Assembly (NCBI GenBank): GCA_964497235.1
Contig: CAZCCJ010000003.1
Span: 4,668 to 68,667 of the forward strand
Direction: 5' to 3'
Length of the DNA stretch: 64,000 bases
Source: an uncultured Staphylococcaceae bacterium
GTDB taxonomy: Bacteria; Bacillota_I; Bacilli_A; RFN20; CAG-826
In this document: in pieces, positions 18,054 to 28,616 of the stretch
Position numbering within the stretch: the stretch's first letter is position 1
Layout of the letters: each line of letters starts with the position of its first letter
Notes under the pieces: generated by a model
Database searches by the model: none
What the model saw: the letters and a program-made list of their open reading frames with translations, nothing else
Told to the model about the DNA's origin: nothing
Translations under genes and position numbers: made by a program

Positions 18054-18188
18054 TGAAGAAGTATTCGAACGAAGAAAAGCTAGTTATTGACGACTATAGA
18101 TTCGACGAAGAGACGAAAGAAAACGAACTCGATTGTTTCGCCGAAGCGGCTCTCGATTCTTATTTCGACAATCCAGAGAATCTATAGG
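18054..18188 (+). CDS. small acidic hypothetical protein (44 aa)
   Basis: ATG with AGGAGG RBS, ORF MKKYSNEEKLVIDDYRFDEETKENELDCFAEAALDSYFDNPENL, followed by a strong terminator hairpin 18196-18228. Confidence 0.3.
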
Positions 18189-18195
18189 CTTTTCT

Positions 18196-18228
18196 TGGCC
18201 GAGACGACTGCCGTCTTGGCCTTTTTTC
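18196..18228 (+). terminator. rho-independent terminator
   Basis: GGCCGAGACGACTGCCGTCTTGGCC hairpin followed by TTTTTTCTTTC. Confidence 0.55.
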
Positions 18229-18316
18229 TTTCTTATGGTTTAAGCGCTTTCAAGAGGATAAGCGCTTTTTTTCTTTCCGCTTGGCCTTTTTATTGAGATA
18301 ATGAAGAACGATAATC

Positions 18317-20059
18317 ATGTTCCCGTGGTACGAATTGGCGTTTTGGACTATGACACTAGGAGGCTTAGGCCTCTTCCTTTATAGCATTTCTTCGCTTTCG
18401 AACGTTTTGAAGAGGATGGCTTCCTCGCATTTGACGAGCGTCGTCAATAAGTTGGCGGGCAAGCCCATCATCGGCCTTTTGGTTGGGACGGGGTTCACCG
18501 CGATCATCCAATCCTCAAGCGCGACAAGCGCCCTTACGATAGGGCTCGTCCGAGCGGGCGTTATGACCTTCGAACAGGCGAGCGCCATCATAATCGGCGC
18601 CAATATCGGCACGACCATAACTTCTTTCATCGTTTCCATCCCATTCATGGAATATTTCCCATTGGTGCTATTCGTAGGGTCCATCATTCTTCTTTTCGTC
18701 ACCAAGAAGAAGTGGGTGAACGTCGGCGAGCTTTGCTTCGCGTTCGGTGCGCTCTTCCTCGGCTTATGGATCATGAGCATCAACTTGCAAAGCATCGCCA
18801 ATGAGGATTGGTTCGTCGCTCTTTTCAAGGCTTTGAACGACAATCCATGGTTAGGGCTATTGATCGGCATCGTTACCACGATATGCTTGCAATCCTCAAG
18901 CGCCGTCATCGGCGTCGTCCAAGGCCTATATGCCGTAAGCGCAGGTTCAGCGATAACTCTATTTGGCATTTTGCCGGTTATCTTCGGTTCCAATATCGGC
19001 ACGACTTCGACTGCCATGTTCGCCTCGATCGGGGGAAGCAAGGAGAGCAAGAAGGTTGCTATATTCCACACTTTCTTCAATGTTGTTGGATCATTGCTCT
19101 TCATGGCTGTCATCTATATTTTCAAAGATTGGCTTTCCAATCGCGCAAATTTCGCGGTTTTGGATGAGAGCGGCGCCGTCCTTTCTTGGAAAGTCTCGCC
19201 AATGTTCCAAATCGCCATATGCCATCTTGTCTTCAATACGGTCACCGGCGCGATATTCTTCGCCTTCCTTAAGCCGATCACGAAGCTCATCAACAAAATC
19301 ATCCCGACGACCGAGCATAAGAAAGCCCTTGAGCCGATTGAACCGCTTGATTCCGGCTTAATGAAGTCTTTCCCTGCCGAAGGCCTCTCGCTAGCCAAAA
19401 AGAGAACGATAACGATGTTCGAATACGACAAACTGATGTTTGAGACGATTAAGGAATACCTTACGTCTTTCAAAGATGAGGACGCTGAGTTCGTCCGTAA
19501 CATCGAAGCCAACATCGACATGATCGACCGCCAACTAAACGAATATCTTTCTTCGTGCGACAAGAGCAATCTGTCTGAGACGGAAATCGCTTTGCTTTTA
19601 AGCGTCTTAAAGGCGAGCAAGGACATCGAGCGTATCGGCGACTATGGCGAGAACATCATCGGATTCTATACGGACATCAAAGAGAAGAAGGACGTTTTGA
19701 CGGACGAGGAGAAGGAATTCTTCGTTTCGATGACCGATCAAGTCATCGAATTCATCGCAAGGACGATCGAAGTCTATTCTGCGGCCGATAAGCAAAAAGG
19801 CATCGAAATCATCCAAGACCGTCGCGTATTCCTAAAGAAACTCGACGACACCGTGAATAAGCATTTCGAAGCGGAAACCACCGTATCGACGAATATAACT
19901 TCCCGTTTCACCGAGCTTGTATACGTCGATATCGTGAGCTGTTATGAGCGTGTCGCATCGCATTGTAGCAACATTGCCAAAATTTTCGGAACCGATAAGA
20001 CGTATACCCTAAGTCAAGAAGATCAAGACCGATTCGCCTCGATGGCCGATCGATATTGA
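18317..20059 (+). CDS. Na/Pi cotransporter family protein with C-terminal PhoU-like domains
   Basis: 580 aa; duplicated NaPi-II TM repeats (QSSSA...) and soluble C-terminal helical domain. Confidence 0.8.
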   Translation: MFPWYELAFWTMTLGGLGLFLYSISSLSNVLKRMASSHLTSVVNKLAGKPIIGLLVGTGFTAIIQSSSATSALTIGLVRAGVMTFEQASAIIIGANIGTTITSFIVSIPFMEYFPLVLFVGSIILLFVTKKKWVNVGELCFAFGALFLGLWIMSINLQSIANEDWFVALFKALNDNPWLGLLIGIVTTICLQSSSAVIGVVQGLYAVSAGSAITLFGILPVIFGSNIGTTSTAMFASIGGSKESKKVAIFHTFFNVVGSLLFMAVIYIFKDWLSNRANFAVLDESGAVLSWKVSPMFQIAICHLVFNTVTGAIFFAFLKPITKLINKIIPTTEHKKALEPIEPLDSGLMKSFPAEGLSLAKKRTITMFEYDKLMFETIKEYLTSFKDEDAEFVRNIEANIDMIDRQLNEYLSSCDKSNLSETEIALLLSVLKASKDIERIGDYGENIIGFYTDIKEKKDVLTDEEKEFFVSMTDQVIEFIARTIEVYSAADKQKGIEIIQDRRVFLKKLDDTVNKHFEAETTVSTNITSRFTELVYVDIVSCYERVASHCSNIAKIFGTDKTYTLSQEDQDRFASMADRY

Positions 20060-20110
20060 TCGCGATCTGGCTTTAGCCAAACAATCCGATTTTTGTTGTA
20101 GAATAAAAAC

Positions 20111-21778
20111 ATGCTCAAAAGACTATCGATTTCAAATCTTGCGATCATCGAGAACGTCGATGTCTCTTTCGAAGATGGTTTTACCGTCTTGACTGGCGAA
20201 ACGGGCGCCGGCAAAAGCCTTTTGATCGATTCCTTGGCTTTGCTATTAGGGGAAAGGGCATCGAGCGAGCTCATTCGTCAAGGAGAAGAGAAAGCGACGA
20301 TTCGCGGCGTTTTTGAGATAGATAACAAGAAATTGGCCGCGATTTTGGCGAAAATGGACGTTCCGACTTCGGAAGAGATAACGATCGAAAGGACGATATC
20401 GAAATCCAAAAACGCGATTCGCCTTAACGGCGTCCTCATTTCCCTTTCCGATTTGCAAAGCATTTCGCGATATTTCGCCGATATCCATAGTCAATTCGAT
20501 TTCGCAAAGATTTTGAATCCAGAGAATTATCTTGGAATCATAGATGGTTTTTCTCCTAGCCTCATCGAGCAATACAAAAACGAATACACTTTGGCTTATT
20601 CGGAATATAAGAAAGCCAAAGCGGAGCTTTTTTCTTTGAAGGAAAAGCAAAGGAAGATCGAAGAGAACCGTGATTTTTATGAATATCAGCTCAATGAATT
20701 GAAGGCCATGGGACTGAAAGAAGGGGAGGAAGAGGACATCGAAAGCGAGCTTTCGCTCCTAAAAAACCACGATAAGATCTATTCACTCCAAGAAGAGGCG
20801 AAGGAGATAATCAACGGTTCCTTCATGGATGATTTCTATAATCTTTCTCGCCTTATCAGCAAGCTCTCTTCCCTCCAAAGCCAGTATGAGGAAGAAGGGA
20901 AGGTTATCGATGAGAGGTATTACGAGATCTCCGATTTGCTTTCCTCCATCAAAAAGAAATTCGCCGATGCGGATTACGATCCAAATAGGCTAGATGAGCT
21001 AGAGCAACGCCAAAGCGATTTGTCTTCCTTGAAAAGGAAATACCACAAAGACATCTCTGAATTAATTTCCTATCGTGATGAGCTTTCGTCGATGGTCGGG
21101 AAGGATAGCGATGTTTCTTCGGAGCTCATAAGCAAGGAAAAGGAAGTCGAAGAGAAATTGAGCGTGGCCTTCGAAAAAGGCGATGAGCTATCGCAAGTGA
21201 GGAAAAAAGTCTCGAAGAGCATCGAAAAGGATCTCGAAAGAAGCCTTTCCGACCTATTATTGAACGCGAAATTCTCGATTTCCTATGCAAATCGCCCATC
21301 GAATGACGATTCTTTCCTATATGAGAATGGCATCGACACGGTCGATTTCCTAATCGAAACGAATGTTGGCGAAGGAATGAAAAGCCTAAGCAAGACGATA
21401 TCGGGCGGGGAGGCGAGCCGCATAATGCTCGCTTTCAAGACACTCTTCGTAAAAGCGAACAAAATTCCGACCGTCATATTCGATGAGATCGATACCGGAA
21501 TAAGCGGGGAGACATCTTTAGCGGTGGCCGCCAAAATTCGCGAGATATCGCATTCTTGCCAGGTGATAGCCATAACCCATACTCCGCAAGTGGCGTCTTA
21601 TAGCGATCATCATATGCTTATCTCTAAGGAAGTGAGAGGAGATAGGACCTTCTCCTCCATAAGAACTTTGTCGTTTGAAGAGAAAATCCGCCAGATAGCG
21701 TATTTGATTTCCGGCGAGAAGATAACGAAAAAGCAACTCGAATACGCTGAAGAGATGGTGCTCGCGAAGCGCGATTGA
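20111..21778 (+). CDS. recN: DNA repair protein RecN
   Basis: N-terminal Walker A GETGAGKS, long coiled coil, C-terminal SGGE signature and Walker B. Confidence 0.9.
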   Translation: MLKRLSISNLAIIENVDVSFEDGFTVLTGETGAGKSLLIDSLALLLGERASSELIRQGEEKATIRGVFEIDNKKLAAILAKMDVPTSEEITIERTISKSKNAIRLNGVLISLSDLQSISRYFADIHSQFDFAKILNPENYLGIIDGFSPSLIEQYKNEYTLAYSEYKKAKAELFSLKEKQRKIEENRDFYEYQLNELKAMGLKEGEEEDIESELSLLKNHDKIYSLQEEAKEIINGSFMDDFYNLSRLISKLSSLQSQYEEEGKVIDERYYEISDLLSSIKKKFADADYDPNRLDELEQRQSDLSSLKRKYHKDISELISYRDELSSMVGKDSDVSSELISKEKEVEEKLSVAFEKGDELSQVRKKVSKSIEKDLERSLSDLLLNAKFSISYANRPSNDDSFLYENGIDTVDFLIETNVGEGMKSLSKTISGGEASRIMLAFKTLFVKANKIPTVIFDEIDTGISGETSLAVAAKIREISHSCQVIAITHTPQVASYSDHHMLISKEVRGDRTFSSIRTLSFEEKIRQIAYLISGEKITKKQLEYAEEMVLAKRD

Positions 21779-21891
21779 ATCTCCTATCGCTTAACTCATT
21801 TCATTTGATGTGCTAATTTATTTGTGTGATATCGTTTGGGCTTCGATATGGTCATCTATCGAATCGTTCGAACGCTTGATGAGGTGAAAAT

Positions 21892-22887
21892 ATGAGGATT
21901 TGCGTTTTGGGCAGCGGCACTTGGGGAACCGCTATTTCTAGTCTTTTGGGCGGTTATGGCCATGACGTGATGTGCTATTCGAATAGCGAGGAAAGCGCAA
22001 AAGCCCTTAACGCCACGCATCGCCATAAGAATCTGCCGTCTGCAACGATATCCGACAATGTCATCTTTTCGAGCGATATTGCCGAGTGCATGAATGGATC
22101 TGAGGTCATAGTCTTCGGCGTCCCTTCAAGTTTCGTCAGAAGCTCGACCATTCAGATAAAGCCATATTACGAAGGGCAACTTGTCGTCGATTTGTCGAAG
22201 GGGATAGAGGATGAGACGTTTTTGACGACTTCCGAGATGATCGAGGAAGTGCTTGGAATAAAGGATCAAGTGGTGGCGCTAACCGGGCCAAGCCATGCGG
22301 AAGAAGTCTCGATTGGACTACCGACTTGCATTGTCGCCGCCTCCCCGTATAGCGAAAACGCGAATGAAGTTCAGCATATATTTCATAGCGATTCCTTCCG
22401 AGTCTATACGAATAAGGATAGGAAGGGGTGCGAGCTATGCGGCGCTTTCAAAAACATAATCGCCATCGCTTGTGGCATTTCAACGGGTTTGGGATATGGC
22501 GACAATGCTAAAGCGGCCCTTATCACGAGGGGCGTTCACGAGCTTAGGGAGCTTGGCGTGGCGATGGGATGCAACGCCGATACTTTCTCAGGGTTGGCTG
22601 GCGTCGGGGATTTGATCGTCACGTGCGTAAGCGAGCATAGCCGCAATAACCGCGCTGGACGCTACCTTGGCGAAGGCTATAGCGTGGAAGAAACGCTAGA
22701 AAAGGTCGGGATGGTGGTTGAAGGCATCGCCTCCCTTAAAGCGGCCGTCTCTCTTTGCAACATCCATAAAATAGATATGCCCATCGTCTATGCGGTAAAC
22801 GCCATCGTCAACGAAGGGAAAGACGCGAAAGAAGTCGCGGCTAAGTTATTGGAAAGAGAGAAGAAAGAGGAATTCCTATCCGTTTAG
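21892..22887 (+). CDS. gpsA: NAD(P)H-dependent glycerol-3-phosphate dehydrogenase
   Basis: GSGTWGTA NAD-binding motif, full-length GpsA. Confidence 0.9.
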   Translation: MRICVLGSGTWGTAISSLLGGYGHDVMCYSNSEESAKALNATHRHKNLPSATISDNVIFSSDIAECMNGSEVIVFGVPSSFVRSSTIQIKPYYEGQLVVDLSKGIEDETFLTTSEMIEEVLGIKDQVVALTGPSHAEEVSIGLPTCIVAASPYSENANEVQHIFHSDSFRVYTNKDRKGCELCGAFKNIIAIACGISTGLGYGDNAKAALITRGVHELRELGVAMGCNADTFSGLAGVGDLIVTCVSEHSRNNRAGRYLGEGYSVEETLEKVGMVVEGIASLKAAVSLCNIHKIDMPIVYAVNAIVNEGKDAKEVAAKLLEREKKEEFLSV

Positions 22888-23606
22888 CTTTGCTTATGGA
22901 GTTTGGAAGTTACTTTATTTAGCGCCCATAGACCTAGGCCAAGCAAGAAACTTCCAACGATGAAAGCGAGCATCAAAACGACGACGTGAAGAGCCGAACC
23001 GTCTCCCATGAAGCCGTACCAATCGTAGTTTGGGCTTCCTTCGATTTCGCTATTGACCCAGCGCAAATAGTAATTCAAAACATAGAAGATTCCGTATAAA
23101 AGAACGGGAATCACGCAAAAAGAGACGCTTTTTGCAGTGATTTTTGGATTATTGGCGAAGAATATGTAATTGATTATCGCAAACAAAGGGGAGAAAAGAT
23201 GCAAGAAGAGATTGGCGCCTTTGAACATGACGAAATATCCTTGTCCGTTTATTTCCGCCACCGGCGATAAAAAGCAGACGACGACTAAGAAGGTGATGGT
23301 GACGCCAGCGACGGCTGAGAAATGAACGATCATCGCCCATAATGGCATCATCTCTTCGCCCTTGAATAACGAAATAAGCCCATAAATGGCAGAGAGCAAA
23401 GAGGTTATCCCGGCGAAGAGGTTCGATAGCACCGTGAAGTACTTGAGCGATCCTAACCCCTCGGAGGAGAGAGTGAGCGACGAATCGCCGAATAGCATCA
23501 TCATCCATCCGGTCATGACGAAAACGAAAACGATGAAATTAAGCGCGCACTCGATTATTTTGCTTATCTTCCAACTCATAAAAAACGCCTCCGATATGCT
23601 TAGCAT
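22884..23606 (-). CDS. hypothetical polytopic membrane protein
   Basis: 240 aa, ~6 TM helices; no recognisable catalytic motif. Confidence 0.4.
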   Translation of the reverse strand: MLSISEAFFMSWKISKIIECALNFIVFVFVMTGWMMMLFGDSSLTLSSEGLGSLKYFTVLSNLFAGITSLLSAIYGLISLFKGEEMMPLWAMIVHFSAVAGVTITFLVVVCFLSPVAEINGQGYFVMFKGANLFLHLFSPLFAIINYIFFANNPKITAKSVSFCVIPVLLYGIFYVLNYYLRWVNSEIEGSPNYDWYGFMGDGSALHVVVLMLAFIVGSFLLGLGLWALNKVTSKLHKQS

Positions 23607-23647
23607 ATTCTAGAGGCATTTATGGTCGATGCTAATAGATTGTTTGG

Positions 23648-24883
23648 TTAGAACGCAAAATTCCCATTTCTGAAAATCGCGATTTCTTTGCCGTTTTCGT
23701 CTATGCCGGTGATCGAAAGGTCGCGCGTCCCGATCATGAAGTCGACATGCGACAATGATTCGTTGATGCCGAAGGAGTGAAGCTCGGCTTCGGTGTATTT
23801 CTCGAAATCGGGATATAGTTGGGTGAATCCTCTTCCTAACGCCAAGTGGCAAGCGGCGTTTTCGTCATATAAGGTGCTATAGAAGATGAGCCCGGTGTCG
23901 TTGATCGGCGAATCGAATGGCACCAATGCGCATTCTCCCAAATATGCGCTTCCCTCATCGAGCGAGAAGATGCTTCTAAGGAGATCTTCGCCGACTTCCG
24001 CATGGCAGTCGACGGCTTTGCCCTTTTCGAAGCGAATCCAGAATTTGTCGATCAATTGGCTTTGGTAGACTAAGGGCTTCGCGCTATAGACGACGCCTTC
24101 CGCTTCGCCCTTCATCGGAGATGTGAAGCACTCTTCGCTTGGGATATTCGGCTGGAAATAGGTTCCTTGGATGGTCTTCTCTCCTCCGCCTTCGAATTTG
24201 ACGCCAGGAATCAAGCCAACCGTCAAATCCGTTCCGTTAGACGAGACGTAGTGGAGCTTTCTTAGGTTCATCGCGTTGAGCTTGGCGCATTTCTCTTTGA
24301 GTATGGCGTCGTGCTTCTCCCAATTTTCTATTCCTTCGCCATGCTCCGCCCTTGCGGTTTTTAGTATCGCTGCCCATAAGGCTTTGATGGCTTGCCCTTT
24401 TGGTAGATTAGGGAAAACCTTTTTCGCCCATTTGGCGGTTGGTGCGCCGGCTATGACCCATTGGTATTTATTCTCTCTTTGAATGATCAAGTCCTTGGCT
24501 TGGGAGTAACGGAGCGCTTTGACGCCGGCGAGTTTGTCGGCTTTGACGCCCTTTAATCCATCAGGATCCTCCCCATCCAAATAGATGAGGACCGGAAGCT
24601 TGTTCGTGCGATATTGCTCAAGTCCCATCTCCTCTTCCGTATAGGTTCCAAGATCCTTCGTTTTCGCATACTTATAGTCGATGCGATCGGTTAGGGCGCT
24701 GCTCCATAAATAGGTGACGCGCTTGGCTCCTAGCTTATAGCAGGCTTTGGCGACACTGGCGGCGAATTCTTGGAGTTCGACGTCCGCTTTGATGAGGACG
24801 TATTGTCCTTTTTTGACGGCGCCTCCGGCTTTGGCGATAAGCATCGCATAGGCTTCGATGTCTTTCTTCGTTACTTTTTCCAT
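23648..24883 (-). CDS. M29-family aminopeptidase (AmpS/PepS-like)
   Basis: M29 thermophilic aminopeptidase-like sequence; probable start at MEKVTKK. Confidence 0.75.
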   Translation of the reverse strand: MEKVTKKDIEAYAMLIAKAGGAVKKGQYVLIKADVELQEFAASVAKACYKLGAKRVTYLWSSALTDRIDYKYAKTKDLGTYTEEEMGLEQYRTNKLPVLIYLDGEDPDGLKGVKADKLAGVKALRYSQAKDLIIQRENKYQWVIAGAPTAKWAKKVFPNLPKGQAIKALWAAILKTARAEHGEGIENWEKHDAILKEKCAKLNAMNLRKLHYVSSNGTDLTVGLIPGVKFEGGGEKTIQGTYFQPNIPSEECFTSPMKGEAEGVVYSAKPLVYQSQLIDKFWIRFEKGKAVDCHAEVGEDLLRSIFSLDEGSAYLGECALVPFDSPINDTGLIFYSTLYDENAACHLALGRGFTQLYPDFEKYTEAELHSFGINESLSHVDFMIGTRDLSITGIDENGKEIAIFRNGNFAF

Positions 24884-24967
24884 TTTTCTTACCTCGTGGC
24901 TTATTCTACTATCGTTGCATAGCAAAAACGAAGATAACTTGCAGCCTTCTTTTCGCTCATTCTAGCC

Positions 24968-26182
24968 TTAGATGCCTCTTTGGCTTATGGAAATCGAGAA
25001 CATGACGATATATAGCAGCAAGGTGATTCCTTGCGCTATGGCGGCCAAAATCCAGGCTTTCTTGGATAGTTTCGCTTTCATTAGGAAAAGAAGGTAAACG
25101 AGATATTGGAAGACGGCGTAAAAGACGAAGGACATCAAGAACGTCGCAATGGAGAATATTCCCAAATATCCAAGGCCTGTGAACGCGACTCCGGATATTG
25201 AATTCAATATTCCGAGCGTTATGAAAGAGGCCATTAAGATATAGATTGCGTATTTCGAATGGCTGCCAGGTGCTTTCGAATATTCGCCAGATGGATCTTT
25301 CGCTTTGAAGACCATTACCGCGGATATGGTGCCAAGAGCGATGTTGACAATAAGGCTCATGAAGAAGCTCGTTCCGTTAGATAAGTCCAGCGCAACCGAT
25401 GAAATGGCCCTATATGCGCTATCCAAATTGCCGCCCACGAGGTTTAAGAAATAGGCGTAATACATATATATCGGATACACGCACCCATATACTTGCAAGC
25501 AGATTGCCAGATTCGCATTCGATTCGCTTCCGAGGATGCTTTGGGCGAGTAACGACCAAAGGCCAAGGCTTGGGAAGAAAGCGCTAAGGAAAAGATTCCC
25601 AGCCACTAGCAATATGACTCCGGAAAGGATGCCGTTGCTTAGCCGAACGAAGAAGGAATTGACGAAGAAGACGATGGATATCAAAACGATTAGGATAAAG
25701 AAAACGGCGGTTAGCCAAGCGGGATTCACCATCGTTTTTTTGATGATCGTGTATCCGCTTTCGACTTCCGGCAAGACGACGTTACAGTATCTGATGTAAT
25801 AGATTATCGCCGGCAACCAATAGCAAATGGAGAATATCGCTATGATCATGATCAGGGCGATGATGGTTCTTATTCTTCTTAGCTCTCCTTCTTTGAAAGG
25901 CAAAGAATAGTAGCAGTCCGTCGATTTTTTGCTATATCGGTAGGATTCGACGAAGAAGGGCATGAGACAAGAGAAAACGATGGCTCCGATTACCAATATG
26001 CCATAAGTGAAAAGAATTCCGTATGACGTCGTTGGTTTTATCGCTTCGGACTCTGTCCTATAGACGTCATAGAGGCCGGTGGTCATGCTGGCTAAAAAGA
26101 TCGGCGTCACTAATAACGCCATAGCGACGATGGCGATCGGCATCCATTCCCGCAAGAGGTGCTTGATGTATTTTTTATTCAT
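24968..26182 (-). CDS. ABC-2-type transporter permease-like membrane protein
   Basis: 404 aa polytopic membrane protein, overlaps the upstream ABC ATPase stop; YtrCD-like context. Confidence 0.5.
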   Translation of the reverse strand: MNKKYIKHLLREWMPIAIVAMALLVTPIFLASMTTGLYDVYRTESEAIKPTTSYGILFTYGILVIGAIVFSCLMPFFVESYRYSKKSTDCYYSLPFKEGELRRIRTIIALIMIIAIFSICYWLPAIIYYIRYCNVVLPEVESGYTIIKKTMVNPAWLTAVFFILIVLISIVFFVNSFFVRLSNGILSGVILLVAGNLFLSAFFPSLGLWSLLAQSILGSESNANLAICLQVYGCVYPIYMYYAYFLNLVGGNLDSAYRAISSVALDLSNGTSFFMSLIVNIALGTISAVMVFKAKDPSGEYSKAPGSHSKYAIYILMASFITLGILNSISGVAFTGLGYLGIFSIATFLMSFVFYAVFQYLVYLLFLMKAKLSKKAWILAAIAQGITLLLYIVMFSISISQRGI

Positions 26183-27074
26183 CTTTCACACCTCCCTTCC
26201 CTTTGTCGGCGAGAAGCATTTGCGAGGCGAAGATCTCATTGGTTTCCAAAGGTATTTTCTCTAAGATCAAAGGTTTTTCGGTTTCGTTTAGCCTAGCGAT
26301 TTTTTCATCGTCTTCCACGATCACGAAATTGATGACTTGGCCGATTCTCTTGTAGCTTACGACTTTTAGCCCGCGTTTCTCCAAATCCTCTTTCGAAAGG
26401 GGGTTCTTGAATGCGGCTTGGTATTTGACTAGCTTCATTGAGAAGTCCTCTTCCGAGCCTTTTTTTCCAAGTTCGCCTTTGCTTAGGAGGATGAATTGAT
26501 TGGCCATTCTTTCCAAAGACATGAGGTTATGCGATGAAAGAAGGACGGTTTTGCCTTCCGATTCGAGTTCGATCAATTCCTCTTTCACGATTTCGAGAAT
26601 GAGTGGATCCAAGCCATCGAATCCTTCGTCGATTAGGATGATCGGGCACTTCACCGATAAGGCCAAAAGCAAGAAGCATTGCCTTTGCATCCCTTTTGAG
26701 AAATCGTTTATCCTTCTTTTCTTGTCTAGCGTCGTCTTGGCGAGCAATCCGTCGAATTTCGCTCGGTCGATGTCATAAAAGCAGCCATAGAAGGAAAGCA
26801 GGCTTTCGATATTCGCTCCATTTGGCGAATAGGGAGCATCAGGCAAAAAGAAGACCCTTTCCTTCGCTTCTTTGCTTTCCGATGGATGACCATCGATCGA
26901 TATTTCCCCATAGTCTGGCCTAAGGATTCCGGAGATGAGCCTTAAAAGAGTGCTCTTTCCGGCGCCATTTTGTCCGATTAGACCGGTTATGCCTTCCTTG
27001 ATGCTAAGCGAGAGGTTGTTTATGGCTTTGACGTCTTTGAAGGATTTGGTGAGGTTTTTGACTAGGATTTCCAT
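26175..27074 (-). CDS. ABC transporter ATP-binding protein
   Basis: Walker A GQNGAGKST, signature LSKGMQRQ, Walker B ILIDEG. Confidence 0.85.
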   Translation of the reverse strand: MEILVKNLTKSFKDVKAINNLSLSIKEGITGLIGQNGAGKSTLLRLISGILRPDYGEISIDGHPSESKEAKERVFFLPDAPYSPNGANIESLLSFYGCFYDIDRAKFDGLLAKTTLDKKRRINDFSKGMQRQCFLLLALSVKCPIILIDEGFDGLDPLILEIVKEELIELESEGKTVLLSSHNLMSLERMANQFILLSKGELGKKGSEEDFSMKLVKYQAAFKNPLSKEDLEKRGLKVVSYKRIGQVINFVIVEDDEKIARLNETEKPLILEKIPLETNEIFASQMLLADKGKGGVKDE

Positions 27075-27448
27075 TTCTGCACCGCCTCCAATATCTCATT
27101 TTTCGAGTAGCCGTTATCTATGAGCGGTTGCAATGCTTCATATATCTTCTCTTGGCTATGTTCGGTTTCTTTTTTCGCCACATAGTAGCCTTTTTTCGGA
27201 AGCGAAACGACGTAATGCTCCTCGATTAATTCGGAGTAGCTTCTGGCGGCGGTGTTGGGATTGACGGAATAGGATAGAGCGACTTCTCTCACTGATGGGA
27301 GATGATCGCCAGAACGATATACGCCGAGATCGATGAGCCTTTTGAAATCTTCGGCGATCCTTTTGAATATCGGTTCATTGTTGCCCATAGCTTCTGTATT
27401 AATTGTACCAAATGATGTCATTTTGCCAAGGTTATCGATTTTCCGCCT
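27062..27448 (-). CDS. GntR-family (YtrA-like) transcriptional regulator
   Basis: HTH LPSVREVALSYSVNPNTAARSYSEL; heads a regulator-ABC ATPase-permease operon; start chosen at MTSFGT. Confidence 0.7.
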   Translation of the reverse strand, partial: RRKIDNLGKMTSFGTINTEAMGNNEPIFKRIAEDFKRLIDLGVYRSGDHLPSVREVALSYSVNPNTAARSYSELIEEHYVVSLPKKGYYVAKKETEHSQEKIYEALQPLIDNGYSKNEILEAVQKWKS

Positions 27449-27488
27449 ATTGGCATCGTTTTCGTTTAGAATACTAGCGAGGTGAAAT

Positions 27489-28616
27489 ATGAAGAGACTT
27501 AGAGTGATGACGATCCTAGGGACGCGCCCAGAGATCATTCGTTTAAGCGAAGTCATCAAGAAACTAGACAAAGAATGCGAGCACATTCTCGTCCATACCG
27601 GTCAAAACTACGATTATGAGCTTAATGGGGTGTTTTTCGAAGAGCTAGGGCTTCGTAAACCTGATTACTTCCTTAGTTCGGTCGGAAAGGATTTAGGGGA
27701 GACGATGGGGTCGATTATCTCTAAGTCCTATTCCCTTATAAAAGAAATCAATCCCGATGCCGTGCTAATCCTAGGCGACACCAACAGCGCATTGAGCGCG
27801 ATATCGGCAAAGAGGCTTAAGAAGCCGATATTCCATATGGAAGCGGGCAACCGTTGCTGGGATTGGAACGTCGCGGAGATGACCAACCGCACGATCGTCG
27901 ACCACATCAGCGACATCAATCTCCCTTATAGCGAATACGCTTATAAGAATTTGATGAGGGAGGGGCTAAGCCCTGAAAGGACTTTCGTAAGCGGATCCCC
28001 GATGCTAGAAGTCATTAATGCCCATCGCCCCTCAATAGATGGCAGCGATGTCCTTTCGCGCTTGGGGCTAAAGAAAAATGGATACCTACTAGTCAGCGCC
28101 CATCGCGAGGAGAACGTCGATATCGAATCGAAATTCAATAGATTGTTCCCATCGCTCAATAAAATCGCCGATGAATATAAGATGCCAGTCATTTTCTCTT
28201 GCCATCCTAGAACGAGAAAAAGACTCATGGACAGAGGGTTCGTCTTATCGAAATACATCAGGGAAGATAAGCCTTTTGGCTTCTTCGATTATTGTTCTCT
28301 TGAGAAGAACGCCTATTGCGTCCTAAGCGATTCCGGCACTTTGACTGAAGAATCATCCATCTTCGATTTCCCAGCCGTTTTGATTCGCACCTCCACAGAA
28401 AGACAAGAAGGCGTGCTTAATGAATCGATCGTCATCGGCGGGGTCGATTACGAGACGATTAGGCCTTCCATCGATAAGGCGAGGGAGATGCATAAAGAGG
28501 GAAATTCGCTACAAATCGTCCCCGATTATGCGAAAACCGACGTTTCTTCCTTTGTATACGAAAAGATAGTCGAATGCATAGATATCATCAATAAAGGGAC
28601 GTGGCTAAAGGATTAA
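27489..28616 (+). CDS. non-hydrolysing UDP-N-acetylglucosamine 2-epimerase (WecB/CapG/FnlC-like)
   Basis: MKRLRVMTILGTRPEIIRLS N-terminus and full-length epimerase. Confidence 0.85.
   Translation: MKRLRVMTILGTRPEIIRLSEVIKKLDKECEHILVHTGQNYDYELNGVFFEELGLRKPDYFLSSVGKDLGETMGSIISKSYSLIKEINPDAVLILGDTNSALSAISAKRLKKPIFHMEAGNRCWDWNVAEMTNRTIVDHISDINLPYSEYAYKNLMREGLSPERTFVSGSPMLEVINAHRPSIDGSDVLSRLGLKKNGYLLVSAHREENVDIESKFNRLFPSLNKIADEYKMPVIFSCHPRTRKRLMDRGFVLSKYIREDKPFGFFDYCSLEKNAYCVLSDSGTLTEESSIFDFPAVLIRTSTERQEGVLNESIVIGGVDYETIRPSIDKAREMHKEGNSLQIVPDYAKTDVSSFVYEKIVECIDIINKGTWLKD

Noticed and set aside
18087-18296. 69-aa ORF upstream of the Na/Pi cotransporter
   Set aside because: Overlaps the better-supported 44-aa ORF in another frame and runs through its terminator hairpin; low-complexity hydrophobic translation.
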